Below are positions 1 through 12,609 of a stretch of 64,000 nt of DNA, piece after piece. This DNA comes from Octopus sinensis (lineage: Eukaryota), in contig NC_042999.1 of the NCBI RefSeq assembly GCF_006345805.1, positions 167,648,001 to 167,712,000 of the forward strand, read 5' to 3'. The position numbers were made by a program, and so were the translations under genes. Numbering within the stretch: position 1 is the first letter of the stretch; each line of letters begins with the position of its first letter. The notes under the pieces are model-generated. The model searched no databases. It saw only the letters and a program-made list of their open reading frames with translations, and had not been told where the DNA came from.

Positions 1-665
1 GAGAAGTTGTTGCAGAAAGATTGACAGAGAGACGGCGAAGCTGTCAAACGTCGTTATAGAGAGAAAATGCAGACAGACGTACAGAAAGAGAGAGAGAGAG
101 AGAGGATGTGGGCGAAAGAGTGGCAGTGCTGGTGAAGGTGGCGAAGGAAAGATAGTGGAAACTGTCAAAAGTCATTATAGAGAGAAAGTGAAGGGAAGGA
201 AAGAACGAGAGAAGGACGGGGGAAGACAGGCAGATATGCGTAGAGAGAATGTTATAGAGAGAAAGTGCAGACAGACGTACAGAGAGAGAGAAAGAGAGAG
301 AGAGATGATGTGGAAGAAAGAGTGACAGAGCTGGCGAAGGTGGCGAGGGAGGTCGTTGTAGAGAGAAAGTGAAGGTAAGGAGGAAGGAGAGAGAGACGGA
401 GGAAGGAGAGAGAGACGGAGGAAGAGAGGCAGATATGAGAAAGTGAGAAACGTATACACTTGTCGAAGTGTGGGTTTTGTGCCCCTAGTAACCACGGCTT
501 TTGAGTTAGGGATTTCTAACCAAGCCCACTCACATCTTCACCTCTTTTTACATGTTCCTGTACATTTTGGAGCGAATCCGACCGTATTTAGTGCCACTTA
601 ACCCATTCCAATGCCAAAACCAGACAAACAAACTTTTGTCGCATTTCAGATTTATAATATAGAGA
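1..665 (-). mobile_element. Non-autonomous Helitron-like element, 5' end (runs off window start)
   Basis: Minus strand begins A|TCTCTATATTATAAATCTGAAATGCGAC, same style as the other Helitron-N 5' ends here; GA-rich body is repeated at ~905-1259. 3' end not visible. Confidence 0.55.
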
Positions 666-715
666 TTAAATATATATACACATATATATATATATGTATA
701 CACATTATATATATA

Positions 716-780
<65 letters not shown>

Positions 781-859
781 TAACACAATATATCTGATTA
801 ATAATATTTGTTATGATTGTGAGGTAGTGGTGGGCGATAATAATTCACCGTTCTAAAAG

Positions 860-1259
860 ACCTGTGGCAGGAATATTTAAACTTTTGCGGCTGTCAACGC
901 TTTCTTTCTATAGATACAGACAGACGTACAGTGAAAGAGGTGATGGGAGAAAGAGTGACAGAGAGACGAAGCAGTCAAACGTCGTTATAGAGAGAAAGTG
1001 AAGGGAAGGAAGGAAAGAGAGAGATCGAGGAAGACAGGGTGATATCGGAAAGAGAGAAACGACAAACACTTGTCAAAGTGTGGGTTTTGTTGCCCTAGTA
1101 ACCACAGCTTTTGAGATATGGGTTTCTAGCCTAGTCCAGTAGCTTCCTCGCCTCTTTTTACATGTCTCTGTAAGTTTTGGAGCTAATCTGACCCCATCTA
1201 CCGGCCCTGAAACCGTTCCCTTGCCAAAATGTTTTGCATTTCAGCTTTATAAATATTGA
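860..1259 (-). mobile_element. Second, diverged copy of the same Helitron-like repeat
   Basis: Block-wise similarity to 250-660 (e.g. ACACTTGTC(G/A)AAGTGTGGGTTTTGT...CCCTAGTAACCAC); minus-strand start A|TCAATATTTATAAAGCTGAAATGC. Confidence 0.5.
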
Positions 1260-1261
1260 TT

Positions 1262-1439
1262 ACTTTAAAATAAACTTCTAATTTTCTTTTGTTTTGACAG
1301 ACGTTCTCTAGAACAATATTCTGTGCAAAACTAAAAATAAGGCACTCCAGTCATAATACCAGCTTCAACTTCTAACTTGTTATCTCTTGAGGTCTCTGAA
1401 TGTGATTTGGAGTTAACTTGTACAAAACAAAAGTCAACC

Positions 1440-1442
<3 letters not shown>
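1262..1442 (+). mobile_element. 3' UTR remnant of Dong/R4-type LINE, family B
   Basis: Aligns by eye to 3660-3851 (CTTGTT(A/G)TCTCTTGAGGTCTCTG...AACTTGTACAAA...AAAAGTCAA); followed by (AAT)n tail. Confidence 0.7.
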
Positions 1443-1512
<70 letters not shown>

Positions 1513-1734
1513 GATTTCAAATTTTGGCTTAAGTCCAGCAATTTCGGAGAGACGACGAAGTCGATTACATCGGCCCTCAGTACCCAACTGGTACCTATTT
1601 TATCGACTCCGGAAAGGATGAAAGGCTATGTCAACCTCGGTAGAATTTGAACGCAGAACATAAACACGAAAGAAATGCCGCTAAGTATTTTGCCCCGCAT
1701 GCAATCGATGCTGCCAGATCACCGCCTTAATAAT

Positions 1735-1819
<85 letters not shown>

Positions 1820-1840
1820 GTAATAATAATAATAATAACA

Positions 1841-1925
<85 letters not shown>
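1441..1925. repeat. (AAT)n microsatellite tracts flanking a SINE
   Basis: Direct reading: 1441-1512 and 1728-1925. Confidence 0.95.
1516..1728 (-). mobile_element. tRNA-derived SINE family A
   Basis: Reverse complement of the AAGGCGGCGAGCTGGCAGAA...GAGTTCAAATTC...TTTCATCCTTTCGGGGTCGATAAA unit that recurs >10 times in the window. Confidence 0.85.
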
Positions 1926-1927
<2 letters not shown>

Positions 1928-3215
1928 AATACAGCTACAATATCCTTAACTGGACACGAAATGAACTGTCCAAAATAGATAGGAAAACAAGAAAAATACT
2001 GACAGGATCTAGGATGCATCACCCAAAATCTGACATAGAAAGACTATATATACAACGTATAGAAGGTGGTAGAGGCCTTATACAGCTGGAAAACTACTAT
2101 AAAATAACCACCATAGGACTGCAAAAATACCTACTTCAGAAGGAAGGAAAACTGATCCAGATAGCAGCAAAACACGAGCAAAACAAAAAACTGTTCTCAG
2201 TATTTAAGGAAGCTGACAAATACAAACAAGAAATCATACCACCTAATAAACACAAAGAAGAAGAAGAAGATGATGAAGAAACAACAAAAGCTATAAAACA
2301 AATGAAATCCAAACTAAAAATAGAACAGCAACGAGCCATGATAAAACGATGGCAAGAAAAGCCCCTTCATGGTAAATACTGCACTAAACTAAACGCAAAA
2401 GAAATAGACAAAGAAAAATCCCAGCAATGGTTGAGAAGCTCAGGACTCAAAGCAGAAACAGAGGGATTTTTAATTGCAGCACAAGACCAAAGCCTCCCCA
2501 CCAGAAATTACCAAAAACATGTAATGAAAAGAAATATTACAAGTAACTGCAGAATATGTGGAGATGGACAAGAAACAATAAATCATATTATCTCTAGCTG
2601 CCCAGTCCTGGCTAAGAAGGAATATATTCACAGACATGACAGAGTTGGAACCTACATACATTGGAAGCTATGCCAACATTATGGAATAACAATAGAAAAA
2701 AGATGGTATAGGCACACACCAGAAAAGGTCACAGAAAACGAGAAAGCAACCATACTCTGGGATATGCCGATACACACAGATAGAGAAATTAAGGCCAATA
2801 GACCAGATATAGTTGTCAGAGATCATGAAGAAAAAAAATGCTTTCTAATTGATGTATCAATACCGGCAGATGACAACGTGTCTCTAAAAGAAATGGAGAA
2901 ACTCTCAAAATACAAAGACCTGGAAATAGAGGTAACTAGAATGTGGAACCTGAAAACAGAAACAATTCCTATCATAGTAGGCGCATTAGGCATGATAAAA
3001 AAATATTCAGACAAATACATAACAAAAACACCAGGACTTACAAACACATATAACATACAGAAAATTGCACTACTAGGCACTGCACACATCCTACGCAGAA
3101 CACTTTCCATACAATAACCATCAGAGCATCACAACAAATCACAGCACATACCCAAGGCACACAGAGCTGCGCTCGGTAGTGAAGTGAAAGCACGCTATAA
3201 AAATAAAACTACTGA
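1924..3215 (+). mobile_element. 5'-truncated Dong/R4-clade non-LTR retrotransposon, family A (RT thumb, CCHC zinc knuckle, PD-D restriction-like endonuclease, 3' UTR)
   Basis: Uninterrupted ORF 1924-3117: HHPKSDIERLY..GGRGL, AETEGFLIAAQDQSL, CRICGDGQETINHIISSC, RHDRV, RPDIV..CFLIDVSIP; (AAT)n on both sides. Confidence 0.93.
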
Positions 3216-3230
3216 ATAATAATAATAATA

Positions 3231-3851
3231 AAATCTGAAACAGAAGGATTTATCATAGCAGCTCAAGATCAATGCCTACCAACAAGGAACTACCAGGCCA
3301 ACATATTAAAGAACGGCAGTAGCCCAACATGTCGTGTATGTCAACAACAAAATAAAACCATTGATCATGTTGTCTCCAAGTGCAGTCTTCTAGCGCCTAC
3401 AGAGTATCTCAACAGGCATGATAGAGCTGAATAATATATTCACTGGGTAATTTGCAAAAACCTGGATTTGCCCCATGAAAAAAACTGGTGGGAACACAAT
3501 CCTCCTCCAGTGCTTGAAAATGACCACATCTCACTCCTCTGAAACTTCACCATTCAAACTGACAGAAAGATAGATGCAAATAGGCCAGACATCATATTGA
3601 AAAGATAGTGCTCATGGGAACTGCTCATATCCTACGCAAAATACTTTCTATGTAATCTCAAGGTTTAAAACAAACATAATTATCGTATGTTTTTTTTTTT
3701 TAGACATTCACTAGTACAACACTAAAAAAAAACCAAATATATGGTACACTAAGTATAACAACAACATGAACTTTCAAACTGTTGTCTCTTGAGGTCTCTG
3801 GGTGAGACTTGGAGCCAACTTGTACAAATATAAAGCAAAAGTCAAACATAG
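3231..3851 (+). pseudogene. Decayed, internally deleted Dong/R4-type LINE, family B
   Basis: Translates KSETEGFIIAAQDQCLPTRNY..CRVC..IDHVVSKC..RHDR..ANRPDII with stops, then jumps to LMGTAHILRKILSM*, a 3' UTR and an (AAT)4 tail. Confidence 0.88.
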
Positions 3852-3864
3852 AATAATAATAATC

Positions 3865-4045
3865 ATCCTACTATAGACACAAGGCCTGAAATTTAGCGGA
3901 AGGGGACCAGTCGATTTGTCAACGAGGAATTAATTTGTCGACCCCGAAAGGATGAAAGGTAAAGTCGACCTCGGAGGAATTTGAACGCAGAACGTAAAAA
4001 CGAAGGAAGTGCCACTTGCAAACGATTCTGCCAGCTCACCGCCTT
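3865..4045 (-). mobile_element. SINE family A
   Basis: Reverse complement of family A head and central domain. Confidence 0.8.
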
Positions 4046-4048
4046 AAC

Positions 4049-4104
<56 letters not shown>

Positions 4105-4120
4105 TAATAATAATAATAAC

Positions 4121-4166
<46 letters not shown>

Positions 4167-4192
4167 GATAATAATAATAATAAATAATAATA

Positions 4193-4236
<44 letters not shown>

Positions 4237-4387
4237 AATGATGATGATAATAATAATAATAATAATAATAATATAATAAATAATAATAATAATAATAATA
4301 ATAATGATAACAGTAATAATAATAATAATGATAATAATAATAATAATAATAATATATAATAATAATAACAATAATAATAATAATATG

Positions 4388-4421
<34 letters not shown>

Positions 4422-4441
4422 CAGTAATAATAATAATAATG

Positions 4442-4521
<80 letters not shown>

Positions 4522-4537
4522 AATAATAATAATGATA

Positions 4538-4616
<79 letters not shown>

Positions 4617-4636
4617 CAGTAATAATAATAATAATG

Positions 4637-4693
<57 letters not shown>

Positions 4694-4697
4694 TTAA
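4046..4697. repeat. ~650-bp (AAT)n/(GAT)n compound microsatellite
   Basis: Direct reading; source of the poly-I/L/N/Y ORFs. Confidence 0.97.
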
Positions 4698-5007
4698 TAG
4701 TTGTTTTCTAATTTTCCGGTGTAAACTTCTACTAATCAGTAGAATAGTAAATACGTACACTTACGCATAAACCATGCAATTATTTAATATTAGTTTATGA
4801 GGTATAATATATACCTATTTCTGAAGACAGTTCAATAAAATGTGAGGAAGATTTGGCTGCAATTTCTTGCCGGTTAAGTGGGTGCATGGAGACCCCCTTC
4901 TCAATAATTCTGGAAAGTCTAATCCTTGACATTACAAACTCACACTTAACCGTCGATCATAAATCGGATCCGGCAACTACATCCAACCACCATACTACTT
5001 AGAAACG

Positions 5008-5235
5008 TAATCTTTTATCTCTTTTATCTTTTACTGGTTTCCGTCATTGGACTGCGGCCATACTGCGGAACAAATTGATCCCAGTACTTAGTTTTCTCGT
5101 TTTTGTTTTTTGTTTTTTTCCCTGTAATCCTGGTACTCCTATGCCGAACCACTGGGTTACGAGGATGTAAAGAAACGAACACCGGTTGTCAGATGGTGGC
5201 AGAGACAAACACTAAGACACACACACATACATACG
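5008..5235 (-). mobile_element. Degraded SINE family B, 3' part
   Basis: TCATTGGACTGCGGCCATACTG...GCCGAACCACTGGGTTACG matches the 3' half of 7090-7497. Confidence 0.6.
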
Positions 5236-5541
5236 AATGTATGTATGTGTGTGTATTTTTTCCGAGGTAATACGAGGATCTTCTCCTGCCCGGTAGGTGG
5301 CAGTTGTGACGGTTCAGAAAGCCACCGGTGTGGAATACCGCTTCTTCACACCAGATGATATTTTTGAAAGAGATCAGACCATATTTGTAGGGCTTCTAGA
5401 TTTCAAAGAAAATAATCGGTCTGCAAGAAAACATAGAATCAATTCCCATACACTAAAGAACATACACAATAAATTTGAGAAAAATGAGATTTTTAATAAA
5501 TAAATTATAAGTATTTTAAAATTATTTTTCAACTACCCTAC

Positions 5542-5589
<48 letters not shown>

Positions 5590-5593
<4 letters not shown>

Positions 5594-5883
5594 AGGCGCA
5601 ATGGCCCAGTGGTTAGGGCAGCGGACTCGCGGTCGTAGGATCGCGGTTTCGATTCCCAGACCGGCCGTTGTGTGTGTTTATTGAGCGAAAACACCTAAAA
5701 GTTCCACGAGGCTCCGGCAGGGGGGGGTGATCCCTGCTGTACTCTTTCACCACTCTTTCTCTCACTCTTCTGTTGGCCTGCTCGCTTAACCAGCGGGGTG
5801 GCGTCATTCGAAGGCTAAAACAATGCGAACGCATTGTGACCAGCGATGTGTAGCAACATCTGATGGTCTGGTCGTCACGTGAT

Positions 5884-5885
<2 letters not shown>
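5590..5885 (+). mobile_element. tRNA-derived SINE family C (Arg-TCG-like head), alternative 3' half
   Basis: Head GGAGGCGCAATGGCCCAGTGGTTAGGGCAGCGGACTCGCGGTCGTAGGATCGCGGTTTCGATTCC as in 28392/34922/54875; diverges after CTCTCACTCTT. Confidence 0.85.
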
Positions 5886-5904
<19 letters not shown>

Positions 5905-5916
<12 letters not shown>

Positions 5917-6062
5917 AACGGTGAGTTTTTTCAGTTTCTGTCCACCACATCCACTCATAAGAGTTAGTCCGGAGCTATAGTAGAAGACGTTTGCTCAAGG
6001 TCCCATGCGATGGGACTGAACCATGTGATAAGGAAGTAAACCTCTTACCACACAAACAAGTC
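5905..6062 (-). mobile_element. Degraded SINE family B, 5' part
   Basis: TTTCAGTTTCTGTCCACCACATCCACTCA...GGGACTGAACC matches family B. Confidence 0.6.
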
Positions 6063-6069
6063 TGCTTAA

Positions 6070-6960
6070 TACTAGAAATATATCAATGCTTCAACAAAAG
6101 AGAAGAATGTTCTGCATCTACCATTCTAACTACCATTGATATCAGCAAAGTTTTCCATTCAATATCTTGCTATCCACTCACAAAAAATATACTCAACATC
6201 ACTTCAAGAAGCAAATCACTGGCTATCCGTTAACCTACCAAGTCTAAGTAGACTAAAACAACAACATTCCAAGAACTTGCATTTTCTATTTCGACCTATT
6301 CCTACAAGATCATTCAACCTCATGCACGATGAAATCAGACTTATATTTTCCTACCATTCTCCAGGCGCTAGTGCTTAACAACTAAAATTCTACATAAATC
6401 ACTAAGGAACCTGGCTCTATCTCTCTCTATATAAACGGCAGTTTGTCTGTCTGCGTGTCTGTGTGTCTGTTAGGTTGTACCCTCACCCTGACCACGGCTT
6501 TCAACCGATTCTGATGAAACTTGACACACACATAGCCCAATGTCATAATTCAAAACTAACGCAGCGAAAATTTTGAAAAGTTCCCCCAGTTCTGAAAAAA
6601 ATCGATAAATTCGACATGGGGTCGAGAATCAGAAACACAAACCACAGACTGTCATGGGGACGCAACTCGACCTTTTTAACTCTCAAAAAAATTTACCATC
6701 ATTTTTTCCCCATTTTTTTGCTATTTTTTGGCTATAACTCTCTAAAAATGCTTTATAGTTATTTCCCTTACAAACCCGAGCAACGCCGGGCGATACTGCT
6801 AGTACCTACTAAATCTATTGACCTCCCTACCTTGCCAGTAATACAGAAGAACATAAAGCATAAACAGCTCTCACACTCAACAGCATAAATCCTAACGAGC
6901 GGAAGACGAAAATACTAGAAGCTATATATAAGACTCGTCAAATGTTCACAACGCACAAAG
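6070..6960 (+). pseudogene. Possible highly decayed LINE RT fragment interrupted by a Helitron-N
   Basis: Only one motif-like stretch, TIDISKVFHSI (cf. RT xDxSKAFDxV). Confidence 0.3.
6420..6802 (+). mobile_element. Complete non-autonomous Helitron (383 bp)
   Basis: A|TC start, 3' hairpin CCCGAGCAACGCCGGG, then CTAG|T; no TSD. Confidence 0.88.
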
Positions 6961-7089
6961 AAAGTAAAACAAGGAAAAGACATACTTAGGATAATCGTTG
7001 GTACAACATTGGGCCAATGGTATGAAACAATAGCATTAGTGTACAAGCAATGCAGTAGATCGATTATGATTTATCCTGTACTCTTTTCT

Positions 7090-7497
7090 CTCTTTTACTC
7101 TTTTACTTGTTTCAGTCATTAGACTGCTGCCATGCTGGAGCACCGCCTTTAGTCGAGCAAATCGACCCCGGGACTTATTCTTTGTAAGCCCAGTACTTAT
7201 TCTATCGGTCTCTTTTGCCGAACCGCTAAGTGACGGGGACGTAAACACACCAGCATCGGTTGTCAAGCAATGCTAGGGGGACAAAACACGGACACACAAA
7301 CACATATACACACACACATATATATATACATATATACGACAGGCTTCTTTCAGTTTCCGTCTACCAAATCCACTCACAAGGCATTGGTCGGCCCGGGGCT
7401 ATAGCAGAAGACACTTGCCCAAGATGCCACGCAGTGGGACTGAACCCGGAACCATGTGGTTGGTTAGCAAGCTACTTACCACACAGCCACTCCTGCG
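7090..7497 (-). mobile_element. tRNA-derived SINE family B, full length
   Basis: Minus strand: GCAGGAGTGGCTGTGTGGTAAG..GGGTTCAGTCCC head, GGATTTGGTAGACGGAAACTGAAAGAAGCC central domain, (AAGAGTAA)n tail; near-identical to 23423-23847. Confidence 0.9.
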
Positions 7498-7499
7498 TG

Positions 7500-8760
7500 T
7501 GAAAGGATGAAATCACTAGTTAGAATTAAATTTAACTCTTTGAATATGTTGGTGCCCATTCAGGCTTTTGCTCAAAAGGTAAATTCCGAACTCTGCCGAG
7601 TGGTATCTCTTCCGAATAAATCTAAGATTTACAATCCTTTTAATTAAAAAACCTTACGTACATTGCGTAAGATCGCATGGTTACACCAAAAGATTCATGG
7701 CTACTATGATTAAGCCTAAACAAATTGACACAGATTCCCAAGTATGCATACTAATTAATATTTCTTTCTGCTATAGGCACAACGCCTGAAATTTGAAGGG
7801 AGGGGACTAGCATTTATTTTATCGACCCCAAAAGGTTGAAAGGCAAAGCCGACCGCGGTAGAATTTGAACTCAGAACATAAAGACGGACAATATATATCC
7901 TGCTAAGCATTTTACCCGGCGTGCTAACGATTCTACCAGACCGCCTCCTTTAGCAGAATAACTTATATTAATGTCTGAATCCTCAACCTAAGTTGAAACC
8001 TCCTGAGTGAAACCTCAACCAAACGCTGAAACTTTTATGAAAAAAGGATTTAACAGATATGTATAACTCTTCCATATCGAACCACGTAAAATTCACAAAT
8101 GTGCTTATTATCTAATTTGGATAATAAACACCTTGATAATAGATGAAATGTTGTACTACAACAGAGATGACGGGACCAGTTTAAAATCATGGTATCCAAA
8201 ATATTTTTGTTGGCCCTTATTTAATCCATATTTGCCTGCATTCAATAATCTGAATTTAGGATTGACAACTATAAAATATATGTGATCTTTAAAGGTAATA
8301 TATGGTTTGTATAACGTTCAAATTTCTGTACTACGGTCTGTTTTAGGCTGGTATCTATGTCTTTTGCTTTTAAATTAATATTATTATAAGTACTAAGCTC
8401 AGTTTTCCTATCTGTTCTGGCGATATTGTAAGATTATGGTATGAGTAGTTATCAATTTTGTACGTGCTTTTTGATAGCTGTAGAAAAATTGACGTGTTTA
8501 GAATTTTCAGATCTTGTTAAATCTTTGAGAACCATGTCTTTAAAAGGTTTTTTGGGTGATTTTCTTAAAACCTTTTGCATCCTATTCAGATCTCAATATA
8601 AGTCATTCACTCTTATGTTCCGTCTACATCTGAAACTGAAGCTGTTTTCTTTGGTGCCAGCAACATTCTCCTTAACGGTGGAATATCTTTTCTATCTTGA
8701 TTAGATCTTCGGTCTTTTCCATAAAACGCAATACACTGCTTGGTGTGAGAGAGGGATTAG
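7500..8760 (-). pseudogene. Decayed Penelope-like (Naiad-type) RT N-terminal half, interrupted by a SINE A at ~7770-7946
   Basis: Minus-strand fragments NNINLKAKDI, ITFKDH, NPKFRLLN, EFTWFDMEELYISV, FGVTMRSY match ITLKDHK / FDIxEFYPSI / FDVTMGSY motifs; many stops and frameshifts. Confidence 0.7.
7770..7946 (-). mobile_element. SINE family A
   Basis: TTTATCGACCCCAAAAGGTTGAAAGGCAAAGCCGACC..GAATTTGAACTCAG. Confidence 0.75.
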
Positions 8761-9041
8761 TGTTAGAACATTCTTGAGAGACTGTTCCATATTCAAATTT
8801 TGTAATTCCATCTGGGGTCAGTACTCGCACACACGCACTCTCACACACGCACACTCATACACGCACACTCACACATGCACACTCACACAAACACACAAAC
8901 ACACAAACACACGATATAACATATATATCCTACTACGAACATGCTATTTTAAACGTATAGTAATTGACATTGGCTTTGCATATCGTGATTATATAATATA
9001 ATGCATGCTATTGTGCGTGTATGTATATATATATATATAAA

Positions 9042-9230
9042 TCTATATATATAAAACTGAGAATATGTGTGTGTCTGCCTGTATGTATGAATCCCTAAAA
9101 CTTGAGAACTACACAACTAATTTCATTCAAATTTTACACACGCCTTACTTAGGTTCCATGTAATGTCATTTTGACATCTTGCCTAAGGCGAGCCCACAGC
9201 AATACCATATCTTCTCCACTATTTCAGTAT
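9042..9230 (+). mobile_element. Helitron-N 5' fragment
   Basis: A|TCTATATATATAAAACTGAGAATATGTGTGTGTCTG start; no 3' end found. Confidence 0.4.
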
Positions 9231-9468
9231 TACGTGTTAAAAGTGAAACAAAAACATCTTTCTATTGTAATGTCACATGCTTTCACTTTAATACTGAAAC
9301 TATTAAAGTCAAACTATTATATAAAAGGGATGAACCATTAACAGTGGACATCCATTTTGCTAGAAGATCCGCTATGGCCTTATATGCTACACCACTGGTT
9401 TTCAATTCATATTAATCAAATTAATATTCAATTTTTTAACCTTATTATTTTAAGTTTAAATTTACATG

Positions 9469-9790
<322 letters not shown>

Positions 9791-9791
9791 T

Positions 9792-10110
9792 ACAGGTGTG
9801 GCTGTGTGGTAACAAACTTCGTTAAAAACACATGGTCCTCAGTTCAGTCCCACTGTGTGGTAACTTGGCATGTGTCTTCTGCTATAGCCTCAGACCAACC
9901 AAAGCCTTGTCAGTGGATTTTGTAGACAGAAACTGAAAGAAATCAATTGTATATATATGTATGTATATATGTAAATCTATGTGTGTGTTTTTGTGTTTCT
10001 CCCTCATCACTGCTTCACAACTGGTGTTCGTTTATTTACATTCCCATAACTTACTGGTTTCACAAGAAGAAACTGATAGAATAAGTACCAGGCTTATCAA
10101 AATATAAAAA
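9792..10110 (+). mobile_element. Degraded SINE family B
   Basis: GTGTGGCTGTGTGGTAAC head; GTGGATTTTGTAGACAGAAACTGAAAGAA domain. Confidence 0.7.
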
Positions 10111-10185
10111 AAACACTAGGCATTGTTTCATGTTTTTGTTTGCCCACTCAGTTATATCTATCAATTTATCTGTGTGTGTGTGTGT

Positions 10186-10236
<51 letters not shown>

Positions 10237-10237
<1 letters not shown>

Positions 10238-12496
10238 ATATAGGAGACATCCAAGATCTCACCACTGGCATCATCTGGATCTCATCATTACACGAAGATC
10301 CTTTCTGAATTCTGTTCAACTGACCCGTAGTTACCACAGGCGCGGATTGTGACACAGATCATTCACTAATAAGAAGCAGGGTGAGGATTCTGCCTAAAAA
10401 AGTCTATCACTCCAAGAAAATGGGCCGACCACGCATTAACACTGCCAGAACCTCGGATCCTACACTGCGAAAATGTTTTGCTGTTTCTATCAAGGTTGCC
10501 GTCAGTAGCTGCCCAACCTCCTCTGCTGAAAGTAGGTGGAATTATATCAGGGAAGCTTTCTATACCACATCAATAGATACTTTCGGCATGAGAGAAAGGC
10601 AAAACCCAGATTGGTTCAGTGCTGGGCTCTCAGAGCTGGAACCAGTTATCGAAGCAAAGCGTGCAGCTCTGATGCAATACAAGAGTGATTCTTCTACAAC
10701 GTAACTCGAGGAACTCAGAAAGGCAAGAAATAAAACCCAACTGACTGCCAGACGCTGTGCAAATAGGTATTGGCAGGAAATCTGTCAGAGTATCCAGTCA
10801 GCTGCTGACAGTGGCGACAACCGTGGGATGTATGCCGGTTTGAAGAAGGCCCTCGGTCCATCCGCAACAAAGTCAGCCCCTCTGAAATCAACTACTGGAG
10901 ATCTCATCAAGGACCAAAGTAAGCAAATGGATAGATGGGTGGAGTACTACCAGGATCTCTTCTCATGGGAGACCACGGTAGCTGAGGCTGCAATCGAGGG
11001 TATCAAGATCTTGCCAGTCATGTGCGAACTTGACAGTCTGCCATCTATAGCAGATCTCATCAAGTCTATTGACTCCCTAGCAAGTGACAAGGCTCCGGGA
11101 AAAGACGGCATCCCCTCAGAGATCATCAAAACCGGCAAAAACACCATCCTGCTTCGGCACCTTTATGAGCTTCTGTGTCAGTGCTGGGAAGAGGGTACAG
11201 TCCCTCAGGATATGCGGGATGCTAACATCATTACGCTTTACAAAAACAAAGGTGACCGTGGTGATTGTAACAATTACCGTGGAATATCTCTTCTAAGCAC
11301 TGCTGGAAAGGCCTTTGCTCGCGTTATCCTGTCCAGGCTATAACTGCTTGCTTCTCGAATTTATCCAGAATTGCAGTGTGGCTTTAGAAGAAGCAGATCA
11401 ACTATTGACGTGATATTCTCCATACGCCAACTTCAGGAGAAGTCCAGAGAGCAGAAAATGCCATTATATATGGCCTTCATTGATCTGACAAAGGCCTTTG
11501 ACTTGGTAAGTAGAAAAGGCCTCTTCATCCTGCTCCAAAAAATCGGATGTCCACCAAAGTTGCTGAGGATCATCAAATCTTTCCATGATGATATGCAAGG
11601 CAACATACAGCACAATGGTTCAACATCAGCCGCCTTCCAAATAAAAAACGGGGTAAAGCAAGATTGTATCCTTGCTCCTACATTATTTGGCATCTTCTCG
11701 CTGCTGCTGTCACATATCTTTCAGACGTCAGATGATGGAGTGTTTCTACACAGTAGCAGTGATGGGAAACTGTTCAATCTCTCGCACCTGCGTGCCAAAA
11801 CCAAAATCAGAAGTGTTCTGATCAAGGAGATGCTATTTGCTGATGATGCCTCTCTGGCATCACACACAGAAGAAGCCCTCCAAAGGCTCATCAACTGTTT
11901 TGAGCAAGCATGTAGCAACTTTGGCTTAGTTATCAGCCTGAAGAAGCCCATCATCATCGGTCAGGCTACATCGGACATCCCAAACATACGTATTGGAAAC
12001 TACAGACTACAAGAGGTGGAGAAGTTTACCTATCTTGGCTCTACCGTCACCTACAACCTATCTCTTGATGCTGAGCTCAATATACGCATTGGCAAGGCAG
12101 CTGCTGTGATGGCCCAACTCTCCAAACGGGCATGGGACAACAATAAGCTGACCAAGACCACCAAAATGAAGATCTACCAGGCATGTGTACTCAGCACTCT
12201 ACTGTATGGAAGTAAAACCTGGACGCTATACACACGCCAAGAACGTCGCCTAAACATCTTTCACCTGCGCTGCCTCTGGAAAATCCTCCGCATCAAATGG
12301 CAGAATCATATCCCCAACAAAGATGTCCTCAAGCAAGCAGGAATACCAAGCATGTTTGCACTCCTCACACAAAGATGTATGAGATGACTTGGGCATGTTA
12401 GCCGTATGAAAGATGGCAGAATCCCCAAGGACATACTCTACGGGGAGCTTGCTAGGGACACTAGGTCTGTGGGTAGACCGTTCTTACGTTACAAGG
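10237..12496 (+). pseudogene. 5'-truncated RTE-clade LINE (APE endonuclease end plus RT), disrupted
   Basis: RHPRSHHWHHLDLIITRR; KAPGKDGIP; NYRGISLLS; QCGFRRSRSTID; FIDLTKAFD; GVKQDCILAP; LFADD; FTYLGS; LLYGSKTW. Stops at ~10703 and 11341, frameshift near 11690. Confidence 0.93.
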
Positions 12497-12605
12497 CGAA
12501 GGCATTATTTTCAGTCGCGTTTGTTTGCTTGTTTGTCTGTGGACAAGATATCTCAGGAACCACTGATGGATTCGGATGAAACTTTCAGGGATATTTGGTT
12601 TTATT
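12497..12605 (+). mobile_element. Short repeat resembling a Helentron-associated (HINE/DINE-like) end; truncates the RTE
   Basis: AAGGCGAAGGCATTATTTTCAGTCGCGTTTGTTTG..TGTCTGTGG..GGATGAAACTTTCAGG pattern; recognition only. Confidence 0.35.
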
Positions 12606-12609
12606 ATTG

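Noticed and set aside
1675-1923. N-terminal poly-N/poly-I part of the 480-aa ORF
   Set aside because: Read-through of a SINE and (AAT)n into the truncated LINE; not a real protein start.
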